A stretch of DNA of 64,000 bases from Octopus sinensis (Eukaryota): positions 46,128,001-46,192,000 of the forward strand of contig NC_043009.1 in NCBI RefSeq assembly GCF_006345805.1. Reading direction: 5' to 3'. The notes beneath the pieces are model-generated. The model was given only the letters and a program-made list of their open reading frames with translations. It was not told where the DNA came from and searched no databases. Positions 34,283 to 47,661 of the stretch are shown piece by piece. The translations under genes and the position numbers were made by a program. Positions within the stretch are counted from its first letter, which is position 1, and every line of letters starts with the position of its first letter.

Positions 34283-35300
34283 AAAGATGAAATGTATCGG
34301 AAAGCAACAAATCAGAAATAGTATTCGTATTATATTTAATTGATAACATTGGCACACTGCATAAAATCAATGACACCACCATTACTACACTATGTAGAAT
34401 TCTGCAAAGGGATACTGAGTGGTGCTTTAAGGGATGACTTGTGAATTTTTTCTTCCTCATATGTTTCATCCAACTGTCTTATGTAAATAAATAATACTGA
34501 AACGGAAAATTACGAATCAAGAATTCAGTCATGATTTAGACGAGTACTGGGAAGAATTTTATTACTATACCCCAACCGTCCGGAAATAGTTTAAGGATAA
34601 ACGTTAGTGTCGTCATCTAAATACTGTATGTCTTCTACAAATATCTTTGAATACTAGTCTTTGTATTTTTCTTTTTTTTTTTTTCAAAGTCCTGAAGACA
34701 TTGTAGAGCAAAAAAAATGAGTTTCAAACGAGCAAGCTTCGATCTCTAGTTGAAACTAATTTACTTGAATGTAATCGCACTATAGTCACCGAAAACACTC
34801 ACGCATACACCACCACCACCACAACCACCGCCACTACTACCATCATCATCATCAGCATTATCATCATCATCATCATCATTCCCTTCCACACGTTCCAGTT
34901 TTATGTTTTTCTTCTTAACCGAAAATAAAGCAATGACTTTTTCTTTTAATTTGTTTTTCTACTGTTTCTCTTAGTGCTGAGCACTCTTATGTATAGAAGT
35001 CTATAGACATAAAGTTTTCTTCGTTTCAATCAATTGGTGAAGTTTGATAAATCTTTCTTTGATGACCCAAGGGACTGCAGCCGTTCACGAAATGATTTCC
35101 AATCGTCAGTCATCTTTTAGAAATTCTATTGATGTATTTGAATTGTACAACTTAAACAAGCAAAATTCTGCAGCAACTTTCATTGAATGTATGAGACAAC
35201 ATGTTTAGATAAATCGCCATTTGATAGTTATCATATGTAAAAAAAATAATAAAACTTTTGAAAAGTTATTATTTTCACTATTTTTAATGAAATAGAATTA

Positions 35301-35864
35301 TTGGGTTGTCCGGAAAGTTCGTGCCGATTTTTAAAGGAAAGATAAAGGTCAATAAATACTTGCCATTACATTTGTAATCAACCAAATATGAACCATTTTG
35401 CTGCACAATGCATCTCCATCTTTCCTTTAACTTGAAAATACCCTCTTCTCAGAATTGAGGTGGTTTCATGGCAAAGAATTCATCAAGGTATCTTTTTACG
35501 TCATCCAAGGAATTGAAATTTTTACCATTAAGACTATTCTGCAGAGACCTGAATAAGTGGAAATCCGAAGGAGCAATATCTGGCGAATATAGAGGGTGGG
35601 GTAACACATCCCAGCCGAGCTGCAGCAATTTTTTCTGGTTCTCAAAGCATCAAGTGCCGAAAATGAACTTTCTTATCTTCCATTTAAAAGGTTACAGAAT
35701 TAACACAGATTAGAGGAACATAAACCTTCTTCCACGAAAAGATAGCTTAAACTGTGCTCTAAATGGAGGTGTAGTCAAATCCTATTTCATGAACTGAAGC
35801 ATGTTCGAAAATAAGTCGAAAGGTAAGCCACTATAAATCGGCATGAAGTTTCCGGACAACCCAA
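35301..35864 (-). mobile_element. Internally deleted mariner (564 bp) with 30-bp TIRs and TA flanks
   Basis: TIR ttgggttgtccggaaagttcgtgccgattt (2 mismatches between ends); HPLYSPDIAPSDFHLFRSLQNSLNGK. Confidence 0.93.
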
Positions 35865-36222
35865 TATAAGCAAAGTACCTCAAGATGACTATAAAGTAGA
35901 GGGTATTTCCTGTTCCAAGATTTTTCTAAATAGAAATATTACCGAAATTCATCTTTGTTTCCATTTTCCGAGGAGGATCAAATGATATCCAGCTATATGC
36001 TGTTGCGGTTAATATTTTTTTATCCCCAAGTCAGTCCTGATAAAGTGCAAAAATGATCAAAAGCGTCATGGCTATGTCCATCTAGTCTTCTCAGACATAA
36101 TTTATTTCGTACTTCTTTTGTCCTTTCTAAATTTTTTTTGCCAGCCATTTGATACCGAACGAGCAACCAGGTAAAAGCCAGTTCATCGGTTCACTCAGAT
36201 TCTTGAATTATTTTGAAGTCGA

Positions 36223-36530
36223 AAGGCGGTGAGCTGGCAGAATCGTTTGCAAGTTGAGGTCGACTTTGCCTTTCATCCTTTCGAGGTCGATAAATTAAGT
36301 ACCAGTTACGCACTGGGATCTATATAATCGACTTAATCCCTTTGTGTGTCCTTGTTTGTCCTCTCTGTGTTTAGCCCCTTGTGGATAGTAAAGAAATAGG
36401 TATTTCACCCGTCGCTACGTTCTGAGTTCAAATTCCGCCGATCGGGGTCGATAAATTAAGTGCCAGTGAAATTCTGGGGTCGATGTAATCGACTAGTCCC
36501 CTCCCCCAAACTTCGGGCCTTGTGCATATA
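36223..36530 (+). mobile_element. SINE B with internal deletion fused to a head-truncated second unit
   Basis: Junction aaagaaataggtatttc..gctacgttctgag near 36390-36425. Confidence 0.85.
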
Positions 36531-37211
36531 ATAGAAAGGATTATTTTAAAGTGGAGAAGGTTTGTTATGTCTCTTGGTTATATAAAGATGGACATATGTT
36601 TACCTGAGAAATCAATATGAGATAATATTTCCTCAAGTTACATACAAAGAAAACACATCAAGTGTTTCTTTTTTTAGACAGTGATACACTTGTCTATTTA
36701 AAACACCTTAACATAGAAATGTTATACTATAAAGCTACAACTTACCCACTGGTTGGCAGCATTTTCTCTTAAACTTCACACAAAACATTATTCAACCGGT
36801 AAAAACACTGGTAAAACTGCTCATTAAAACAAATTTATTGTATTTTATAGATTACTTTACGAATTCAAAGAAATATAATATTAATGGGGAAATGAGGGTT
36901 CATACACTTTCCGTTTCTGCTTTACACAATTTTCTTTACCATACATACATACACACGCACATACACACATGAACATCTACACACACACATATATGTATGT
37001 ATTGGACCCACTGTGCTGTTATTTTCTTTCCTTTTTAAAGGATCTCTTTAAGCTTCAATCAATTCCCTTTCATTCAATCGGCTTATCATCTTTGTCCTTC
37101 CCTTCTTTTCCTTCTGCATTTACTTGTAAATGTTACATACATACATACATGCATACATACATACATACATACACTCACACACACACACACACCACACACA
37201 CACACACACAC

Positions 37212-37257
<46 letters not shown>

Positions 37258-37405
37258 CATATGTATATATGTCGGAATGTATTGTATATATGTATACATG
37301 TATATATGCATATGCGTTTATGTCTATATATTGGTAAGTAGTTGTTTATATTTGTATGTGTATATAAATATATATACGTACATATGCACGCATCTGCATA
37401 CGCAA

Positions 37406-37452
<47 letters not shown>

Positions 37453-37699
37453 TTTATATATATACATATATATATATAGGTGTGTATGTGTGTGTGTGTG
37501 TGTGTCTGTGTTTGTGTGTGTATTCGTATGTATTGATGTCTAATTTGATATCTAGCTAGGTTATACAGATATAATGGGTAAAAATCATAGATGGATAAAA
37601 ATTAAAGAAAAATCACTTTCCTTTGAATGTGTAAATATCTCACACTTTACAGACGGAATTAGAATCAGAATATTATTGATTAAGCTATTTTACTTTACT

Positions 37700-38100
37700 G
37701 CTATACGAATATACAGATATGCAGGTGATGGGCATGTGTATCCTCGTGGGAAACTAATACATAGCTGTGAAGGCTATAGGCTTGTGTCGGTCACCTTGGG
37801 AGACTAATACATAGATATGTATGCAGGTTAAGGCAATAAAATTGCTTTCACAGTATTTCCCAAGGGCGACAGAGATCGATGGTGCGTTACGAAGAGAAAC
37901 AGGATTTCAGTAGATCTGGTTCTTTGAAATCCAAGGTCTCTCAACGCTATGACTGCGTGTATTGTTTTCCTTCGTTTTGATATGTTGGAACTGAGAGAAA
38001 TAGGTCGGCAGTTGTTGAGAATGGGTCATACTGTAGATTAGCATGAAACCTCCCAGAGAATGGTTAATGAGTTTGCGGGAGAGAAGGGTTACCGCTGGAG
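37700..38100 (-). mobile_element. Decayed CR1/L2-like RT fragment
   Basis: NNCRPISLSSNISK and GFQRTRSTE. Confidence 0.55.
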
Positions 38101-38831
38101 TGCCCTTTATGCCTATAAATGGTACTTACAAGGTCAGTATCAGCTTTCTGACTTGGTTGAAGTAAACAGATATTTTCACACTTTGTGATTTGGTACATAG
38201 TGGTGACGTAGATGGAGGTCTTCGATTTTGTCGAGTGTGTTCTGCGTAGGTTTAAAAGATAAGACAGTAGCATGAGGGATGGATTTTTCTATTGTAGCGG
38301 TACCTTTGGAATCGTAGTGTATGTGGTTTTTGAAAGGAAGATGTCAGGTGTATTGCATTTAGACATTCCAAGTGGCGTGATTCAATATTGATATGAGTAA
38401 AAGATGCTTTGGTGGGATGTCAATGCGAAATCAACTCTTTTTGCAGAGTCATATGTCGACTAAGTACTGGTGTAAACATTTCAGATAGTAAACGACTCGG
38501 ATGTTGCCTTAATGTCATCGGCTTAGGCGGATTATGAAAATCCAAAATAAGATTTCTTGAAGTCATTTGGGAATTATAACTACACCGAGAGGTGAATTGA
38601 GTTATATACGCTCAGAACAGGACAACAGACATGCGAATATCTATTGATAGCCGGAGTTATTAAGAGACACCAGATGAATATAGAATAAAGAATATAAACT
38701 ATGAGAGAAGATACGCGATTATGTGCTAACTGATGGAACAATCTTTTTGGCTAGAGTCGAACTCTTGTCAATTCTAATAGTGAGACTAAGCGAGGAAACA
38801 TTTTCTTCTGAAAAGCAAAGATATTATTGTA

Positions 38832-39059
38832 CGAGCTGGCAGAAACGTTAGCACGCCGGGCGAAATGCTTAGAGGTATTTCGTCTGCCGCTACGTTCTGA
38901 GTTCAAATTCCGCCGAGGTCGACTTTACCTTTCATCCTTTCGGGGTCGATTAAATAAGTACCAGTTACGCACTGGGGTCGATGTAATCGACTTAATCTGT
39001 TTGATTGTCCTTGTTTGTCCTCTCTGTGTTTAGACCCTTGTGGGTAGTAAAGAAATAGG
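38832..39059 (+). mobile_element. SINE B with 8-bp TSD
   Basis: tattattg at 38822-38829 and 39060-39067. Confidence 0.92.
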
Positions 39060-39174
39060 TATTATTGCATGAGAAAGTAAAGGGAGAGAATATGTCTATT
39101 TAATATGTCTATTTATGTCTGGTCAATACCGTAACTGAGAGAACGAAGCTATAAACACTGCAGCTGCTGCTGTT

Positions 39175-39263
39175 ACTACTACTACTACTACTAGCACCAC
39201 CACCATCACCACCATCACTACTACTACTACTACTACTAGCACCACCACCACCACCACCACCAT

Positions 39264-39301
<38 letters not shown>

Positions 39302-39320
39302 GCACCACCACCACCACCAT

Positions 39321-39355
<35 letters not shown>

Positions 39356-39385
39356 ACTACTACTACTACTACTACTACTACTTTC
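39175..39385. repeat. Higher-order (ACT)n/(ACC)n trinucleotide array
   Basis: Three blocks agc(acc)n atc(act)n. Confidence 0.95.
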
Positions 39386-39964
39386 TTCCTTCCATCCTTT
39401 AACAATTCATTGTTTTTTTATAATAAATTTTGAGAACTACTAAACCAACCAAATTTCAAAGTAAAACAATAACACCACAGCAACATAATACTAAAGAACA
39501 TTTGCAGTCAAGGATCTGACAAAGTCAATATATATTCCAGTAATCCTATAATTCTTGCATTACAACTTTTTTTAAACAAACGAAAGACCAAACAACAACC
39601 ACAACAACCACAACAACAAGAACAACAAACCATACAAAATAGAAAAGTAAAAAAAAAAAAAACAACATAATTTTGAATTATCTGGATTGTCTCAGCCCTG
39701 TTGAAGCTCATTTGGTGAACGATGTTGTTCAAATTACGGCATTAAAGCTTGTTATTTGAGTAGCTACTTGTTAAAAAATTATTTGTTTTTGTGCACGCCT
39801 GCCGTTGTTACATGTATCCGATAACGCCTATCGCGTAATTCTATACTCGGTGCCTGCAATCGTTTATATAATTGATCGTTGTTACATCATCATCCTCCTT
39901 TCATAACAACCTCTACCCAGCTAATAAGGAAATTAGCGCGGTTTTCCTTCCACTTCCTACGGAT

Positions 39965-40269
39965 TCTACATCATCATGATCAGGATCATGATCGTCGTCG
40001 TTGTCGTCGTCATCGTCGTCGCCATCGTCATCGTCATCGTTCTCTGCTACTACTTGATTAATAATTTTATCATTATCGTTATTATTCTTGTTGTTGTTGT
40101 TGTTGTTGGTGATGGTGTCATTGCTGTTGTCGTCATTGTTGTTGCTGTCTTCGTCGCAGTATTTAGAAACGTAGGAAAATATTTTTTGCTATTTATGATT
40201 ATCACCATCACAATCCCCTTCCTTTTCCTCCACCTTCTCTTCCTCCTCCTCATCGTCATCATTGTAATC

Positions 40270-40301
<32 letters not shown>

Positions 40302-40391
40302 CACCACCATCATCATCATCATCATCACCATCACCATCATCATCATCACCATCACCATCATCATCATCAACATCATCATAATCACCATCAC

Positions 40392-40447
<56 letters not shown>

Positions 40448-40495
40448 CCACCATCATCATCACCATCACCACCACCATCATCATCATCATCAAGA
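39965..40495. repeat. Compound (ATC)/(GTC)/(GTT)/(ACC) trinucleotide field
   Basis: Directly visible; source of the poly-I/poly-D/poly-M ORFs. Confidence 0.95.
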
Positions 40496-41176
40496 TGGCG
40501 ATCTGACAGAATCGGTAGCACACCGAGCAAAAAGGCTTGGTGGGGGGGCATTTCTGAGTTCAAATTCCATCGAGTTTGATTTGGTCTTTCATCTTTTCGG
40601 GGTCAATAAAATAAGTACCATTTGAACTTTGGAATCGATATAATCGACTTACCCGCTTCCTCGAAATTGCTGGCCTTGTGTTAAAATTTGAAATCATCAT
40701 CATCGTCCTTGTTGTTGTTGTTGCTATTATTATTACTATTGCCATTGTTGTTGACGCTGTTGTTTTTGTTATCGACATTATCTTAGTGCTGTTTATGACG
40801 ATATCATCGTCGTTAACATTATTAGCATTATAAAAAATTTTCATTAACATTCTTTAATTTAGTTTGTTTTCTCACTCAATTGAAGCAGGTTTATTTAAGG
40901 GTTGAAGGCTGGAAAAAGGGTCGAATTAATCAAATCTTGTATTAGTTCTCCGCTTAATTGTCATTAAGGTGAATTGAAATGTTCCAGCTATAAACAGCAG
41001 TCTTCTTTTTATGGATTTTCTGCTAAAGCATTTAAAGCGGCGAATACTTTTACTATTAAACATTGACAATGAACAAATCGTTCCCAATTTGTTTTATCAT
41101 ATTTAAAACGATAGTACATACATACTTATATATATATATAGATATATATATATATATATATTATACTTATATATAT

Positions 41177-41225
<49 letters not shown>

Positions 41226-41241
41226 GTATTATATATATATA

Positions 41242-41551
41242 AAGGGTAAAGACCCCCTTCGGTCATGAATGACCATGGGATTGCACCTAGAAAGTTACCC
41301 TCCTAGACACAAGTCCGGGCAAGGTTGTTTATGGAAGGCCAGCAGTCGCCCATGCATACCAGCCTCCCCTCTCCACGCCACCAGTGTTATCCAAGGGAAA
41401 GACAAAGGTCGATACAGCTTGGCACCTGTGACGTCGCAACTCATTTCTACAGCTGAGTGAACTGGAGCAACGTGAAATAAAGTGCCTTGCTCGAGAACAC
41501 AACCTCACGATCGTAAGCTCGATGCTCTAACCACTGAGCCATGCGCCTTCA
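41242..41551 (-). mobile_element. SINE with C-type head/core but a distinct 3' tail
   Basis: Shares ctgagtgaactggagcaacgtgaaataaagtg.cttgctc with 55595-55640; tail ends gaaggggg tctttacccttt. Confidence 0.85.
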
Positions 41552-41552
41552 C

Positions 41553-41589
<37 letters not shown>

Positions 41590-41592
41590 TAT

Positions 41593-41658
<66 letters not shown>

Positions 41659-41872
41659 ATATATATTGTGTATATATATGTGTGTGTATATATATATATA
41701 ACCGTTTTAGGTTTTTGTCCTGTCGTCTACTGTTTTTTATGCTATATTTGTTTAATATGTTTTTCATTTTGGGGCTTTGTAAGGCTATTGGTAGGTTTTA
41801 TATATATATATATAATATATATATATATACATATGTATATGTAGTATATGTATGTATGTATGTATGTATGTA

Positions 41873-43120
41873 TTGGGTTGCCAAGGAAGTAATTTCGGGT
41901 TTTTTGTGTGAAATAATAGTAATTATTTTTTTCATACAAAGAATTCTGTTCGATGACCTTTTGCCATCTTTCTGGCAACTTCATGATTTCGCGCTCATAC
42001 AGCTTCTGGTCCTTATCAGCTAAAATCCGAAGCAAGATATCAGGTCATCATCATTATTGAAATTTTTACCATTCAAAGAATTTAGCAAACTTCCAAACCC
42101 ATGGTAATCTGATGGTGCAAGGTTAGGGCTGTATGGTGGATATGTCATCACTTCCCAACCAAGCTCCAATAATTTTTTACGAGTTAGCAAATGCGTGTGT
42201 GGTCCTGCGTTGTCATGGTGGAACACGATTCCTTTACGATTTACCAATTCTGGCCGTTTTTCTTTGAAGGCTTCCTCTAGTTTCATTAGTAGTTGACAGT
42301 AAACATCTGAATTGATTGTTTGGTTCTTTGGAAGCAGCTCAAATTACACAGCATTTTTGTAATCCCACCAATTTGACAGCATGACCTGTTTTTGATGCAG
42401 TTCAGTTCTCGATGTGGTTTGTTCTGGTTCATTACACATGGACTATGATCGTTCTCGACAGATGTTATTGCATAAACAATCCATTTTTCATCAGTAGTGA
42501 TGATTCGTTTCAGAAAAGGTCGATTTCATTGCATTTCAAATGCATATCGCAAATATTGATTCGTTGTGTTAAGTGAATCGCTTTCAACTTATGTGGAACC
42601 CAAATATTGATCCTCTTAATAAGTCTAAGACATCTTAAGTGATTTTCAATTGTAGTGTATAATACATTTAACCTCTCCGCAATCTCTCGCACAGTTATAT
42701 GACAATGAGATTCAATTATGGGATTGATTCGTCCATCATCAACTTCAGTAGGTCGACCAGAACGTTGGTCATCTTTGAGTGAAAAATCTTCAGAACGGAA
42801 TTTTTAAAAACATTTCTGACATGTGCGTTCTGTTAAGCAATCAATACCATAAACTTCACACACCTCTTTGTGAGCCTCAGCAGTTTTCTTGCCTTTACGG
42901 AAATCAAAAAGCAAAATATGGCGAAAATGTTCGTTTTCTTTTCATTCCACGTTAAAATTGACACTGAACTAACACTTGTAAACAAAATTACGCGCAATTT
43001 GCTTCTAAAAGTAACGGCTATCAAATGTCAAAAGGGAAAAAATCATAACGTTGACAAACATCATTCACACAAATTGTAACGCTATCTATTTGTAAAAGAC
43101 GAAATTACTTTCTTGCCAAC

Positions 43121-43124
<4 letters not shown>
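41873..43124 (-). mobile_element. Full-length (1252 bp) decayed mariner with TIRs
   Basis: TIRs ttgggttgccaaggaagtaatttcg / cgaaattactttcttgccaacccaa, TA-flanked; WVPHKL, HHDNAGPH, PPYSPNLAPSDYH. Confidence 0.95.
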
Positions 43125-43201
<77 letters not shown>

Positions 43202-43206
43202 GACTG

Positions 43207-43253
43207 AAATGCTCTGCCTTCATCAGTGGAATATACTCAGAAAGCACATAAAC

Positions 43254-43304
<51 letters not shown>

Positions 43305-43437
43305 ACATACGATATGCTTACATATACGAACGTATACATATAAATGCACGTATGCACTCGACCTATTTAATTTAAACTGGACGTGTGCATACATGCATTT
43401 ATATGTATGTATACGTTCGTATATGCAAGTATATCGT

Positions 43438-43480
<43 letters not shown>

Positions 43481-43521
43481 GTGCTTTCTGAGTATATTCC
43501 ACTGATGAAGGCAGAGCATTT
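43207..43521. repeat. Inverted duplication with 21-bp spacer
   Basis: 43207-43360 mirrors 43382-43521, including a (TA)n tract and ttccactgatgaaggcagagcattt. Confidence 0.9.
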
Positions 43522-43554
43522 TCTATGCAGAGCCAGAAATCCGGGATCTGGAAT
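43496..43554 (+). ncRNA. Type-I hammerhead ribozyme with intact core
   Basis: attcca-CTGATGA-a-ggc aga gcat tttct atgc aga gcc-a-GAAA-tcc g gga-T-C-tggaat; predicted cleavage after C43548 (AUC). Confidence 0.75.
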
Positions 43555-44321
43555 TATCCAGTATTTTTTTTGGCTAGTTTATTTTGTCTCTTTGTCTTCT
43601 CTCCTGGTGCTGTATGAATATTTAATGTGGGTTTAGAGTCAAGTTCTGACTGCTATTTCCAGCGTGGTGGTATCTCTTAGATACCCTAAATTATAATTTT
43701 GAATGTATATGTATATATATTTCGTTCATCACTATAGCAGCCAATTTTTTGGCCTTCTATGATGTGAGTATGGTTTAAATTGTTATCCGCATTTTAGAGT
43801 AAGATAAAATACCCTGATTAAGTGTTGTTTTGTGTTAAAAATGATATGAACGTCAGAAACCACCCCATCCCGGCTTTTCCATCGCCGTAAAATAAATAAT
43901 TCTGATCATGCACTAATGGATATCTCATGTTATAAAACGGGAAAAATATTGATAAGATTTGCACTTGGGTGACAGTGTCTTTGTGCAAAGCTATTCACGG
44001 CTTCATCCAAAGAAAAAATGAGTCATTAGTAAAAAAAGTCAGGTAAAAATAACAACTTTGAGTACGAATGCAGAAATTTTTGTAGAAAGGAAGTGCTGCT
44101 TTTTCTATCAATTGAAGATGAGCAATATTTCAGAATACAAACAAACAAAATTCAATCAAAACTAAGCCCAGATAAAAATCAAATAGTATTGTCGGGAAAC
44201 AGGAAATTACAGAAGCAGACAAAGGAATAAACCAGAAAATAACCCGAGCAGTAAAAATAGATGGAATATCGTAAACTTTCTCTCCTTCCCACTTCTCTCA
44301 CTGTCTGTCTGTCTGTCTCTA

Positions 44322-44389
<68 letters not shown>

Positions 44390-44589
44390 TAACTCTCTGG
44401 AAGTACAGGCCACACCCATAATCTCCTTCATCAAATATGACACAACTGTACACAAAGCGGCAAAAAGCAAATCCAATTCCTTTTGTCATTCTTTATCACA
44501 AAAGTACCACGTATCAGCTGGTGATTGATTAAACACAATTGTTACGATGCTACAGAAAGTGATTCTCATTCAAACGATATGAAATTAAT

Positions 44590-45360
44590 GCGGAAACTAA
44601 AAAGACTAAAGTTACAGGTCATGGTGAAATGTCTGCTACATTTCTGAATGAACGTGCTAATCACCTCTGTAGCCAGTTCCACCCTTGCTTCATGTATGAC
44701 CTGTTTCTAAACATGTGGATGAACATCTCTATGTTTCCTATGCATAAAACGCATAAAACGGACTTCAGCTATCATAGATTAAAATTCCTACCTATATCAT
44801 TAATTATCAGTAAATTATTGGAATCAGTCTTTCATGAAAACGTACATTACTATCAGCAAAAATCTGGAAGTATATTTAAATCTAATTTCGGCTTCTAACG
44901 AAATCATAGCGCAGCGAAAATTTTTTACAATCCTTTCCAGAAGTTATAAAAAATTACCGGGAAGTACGTTAGAAAGTATGAATCTTGGACATAGCTTACG
45001 TTTTGGCAAAGTTTTTAACAACTTACTCTGCGCTAATCCGCAACAATATATGAGAAATTCTAAGGTGGCTTCAAAGCCTCTGGAAAAATCTCAACATAAA
45101 CAGTTTACAACACAGGAGGTAGACTGCTGCAGGCATAGTGAGCCATAAAACAAGGCATCCTTTGAGATTTCAAAATTATGCTGACACCACAGTACGAAAG
45201 AGGTTGTTTTAGGAGGACTTGTTATTTGTGCTTTCGAACAGTTTCTCAAATCCTGATGCTAAGCCATTTTTTGTACAGTAGAATCGTGCATTTGATTAAC
45301 AGAATTTGGAACGAACTTTCAAAAACTGCCGTCAGAACCGCCTCGGCTGACGTGAGATAG
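44590..45360 (+). mobile_element. Decayed CR1-like LINE RT
   Basis: KTKVTGHGEMSATFLNE, IISKLLESV, NFGF*RNHS, RIVHLINRIWNEL. Confidence 0.7.
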
Positions 45361-45587
45361 GTCTTAAAGACCATGTGCTCAGATACGCCTTGTCATTTTA
45401 ATTAGTAGAAATGCATTGAGCCAGTGACAGGCCTATTGCATTCATGTAAAATAATAGCGCTGTTGCCCACTAATGTATGGCGTAGTGAAAATCAAGGGAA
45501 CAACGTATATTTTTCTCTCTGCTGCTAAAAATTAATTTATATTTTTCTTTTCCTGATAATATACGTGTATGTGTGCAAGTGCCAGTG

Positions 45588-45629
<42 letters not shown>

Positions 45630-46619
45630 ATATAAGTGCCTTCGTATGAGTTAGAATATGTGTGAGAGTAAGCATGCAAAATTTTAAGGCGTTTAACCTT
45701 GATGATAATTCATACACACATAACGTATTTTTGTATGCGTGAAATGACAGGAAATTTTCGCTGAAAAGACACGATTACAAATGACATGGAAATATCAGCG
45801 CGCACAAATGCAAGTGCATTTGAATATATTTGCATATATGTATATACATGCTAGCATGTTAATACTTTCATGAATACATGTATACATATACATACATGTA
45901 CACATACTCACTCATTAATTCACACACATACAGATTCGCGCGCGTGTGCGTGTGTGTGTCTGTGCGTGTGTGTGTGTGCGTGCGTGCGTGTGAAATATTA
46001 ATTTGTTAGCCTTTCAAAAGGCTAATTAAATTGCCTTTCATAAGAAACTAATTAATATCATTCGCATGCCAACAGAGTTTCCAGAATAATGAATGTTTAT
46101 ATGTCATTATAAATAGAAAAAGCAACATCAAAATCAGAAAGAGTCCTTCAACCATTTCTCCATAACTTGATATAAAATTCAACGTTAGACACTTTTTGAA
46201 ATTAAACAGTTTCGAGACATTTGTGAAGAATTTGATTCCAAAACGGATAGAAAGCATTTTTGAACTCACTATCACCGTTAGAGCCTAACAACGCTTAACA
46301 AAAGCAAAAAATTCAACTAACTCAGATTTTGAAGAATGATATATAAGTTAGGGAAACAGCTGAAATAGACGAATATCTGGATAATTAATTTAAGAGGTGA
46401 TGTACTAAATAAACAATATTTTTTTAATTGAAAATTTCTTTCTTAGCTTGAAACAGAAAACAACATAGCGGCAGATGCTAGCGACTCTTAAAGGAAAGGG
46501 GAAACAATTTTAGCAAACTGAGAATTAATTTCCTTAAATTTAATTTACATGTTGTGAGGAAAGGGAAGTGAGAGGTATTTTGAGTATAATATATATAATA
46601 TATAATATATATAATATAT

Positions 46620-46851
46620 ATTTCTTTACTACCCACAAGGGGCTAAACATAGAGAGGAGGACAAACAAGGACAGACAAAGGGATTAAGTCGATTACATCG
46701 ACCCCAGTGCGCAACTGGTACTTAATTCATCGACCCCGAAAGGATGAAAGCAAAGTCGACCTCAGCGGAATTTGAACTCAGAACGTAACGGCAGACGAAA
46801 TACGGCTACGCATTTCGCCCGGCGTGCTAACGTTTCTGCCAGCTCGCCGCC
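46620..46851 (-). mobile_element. SINE B (acggctacgc subtype)
   Basis: Full-length body; flanked by ttttgagtataatata. Confidence 0.95.
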
Positions 46852-46870
46852 TTTTTTGAGTATAATATAT

Positions 46871-47101
46871 ATTTCTTTATTGCCCACAAGGGGCTAAACA
46901 TAGAGAGGACAAACAAGGACAGACAAAGGGATTAAGTCGATTACATCGACCCCAGTGCGAAACCGGTACTTTTATTTATCGACTCCGAAAGGATGAAAGG
47001 CAAAGTCGACCTCGGCGGAATTTGAACTCAGAACGTAACGACAGACGAAATACCGCTAAGCATTCCGCCCGGCGCGCTAACGTGTCTGCCAGCTCGCCGC
47101 C
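46871..47101 (-). mobile_element. SINE B (accgctaagc subtype)
   Basis: Full-length body; flanked by ttttgagtataatata. Confidence 0.95.
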
Positions 47102-47661
47102 TTTTTTGAGTATAATATAGTCGTACTAAATCTGCTGATCAGTTGACGTACATTTTTAAATATAGTGAGTTACGAATAAATTTCGACCTATATAACTTTT
47201 GTAATTTAAAAAAATAAGTCAACGTAAATAACTTAAATGAACCAAAATTGTGTGTGTGTGTGGCGGGGGTTAAGATAAGGAGTACGAGGCTATATTATCT
47301 ATGGAAGGAAAGAAATTCTTAATTCAGTCCACCGTTCGCTAATTAAAATATACAGTTAAAATATACGAGATCACTCACTAATTACTCTCACCAACTCCGT
47401 CAAATTCCCTGGTATTTTACAGTTTTGCTTCAATAGTCGGGTGAAATGATAAACAATTCAAAAACCCAACAAAAAAAAACAAGTGAAATTATCTCATACA
47501 GACCCAGCAACCACTTGTGTAGACCCTTAAAATTTGTAGACGGATAATTCGTTACATCACTAACCTTTGTATCCCCTACTCCAAATTACGATACAAAATC
47601 AGACCTCTACTCTTGTCTATCACTCAATAAACTATTAACTGAACACAGAAAATACACGATA

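Noticed and set aside
34950-35170. Short minus-strand ORF MTDDWKSFRERLQSLGSSKKDLSNFTN after an acceptor-like site
   Set aside because: 27 codons, no recognisable family, no donor.
39976-40563. 176-aa hydrophobic ORF and 124-aa poly-Asp ORF
   Set aside because: Entirely (ATC)/(GTT)/(ACC) trinucleotide repeat; no domain or splice support.
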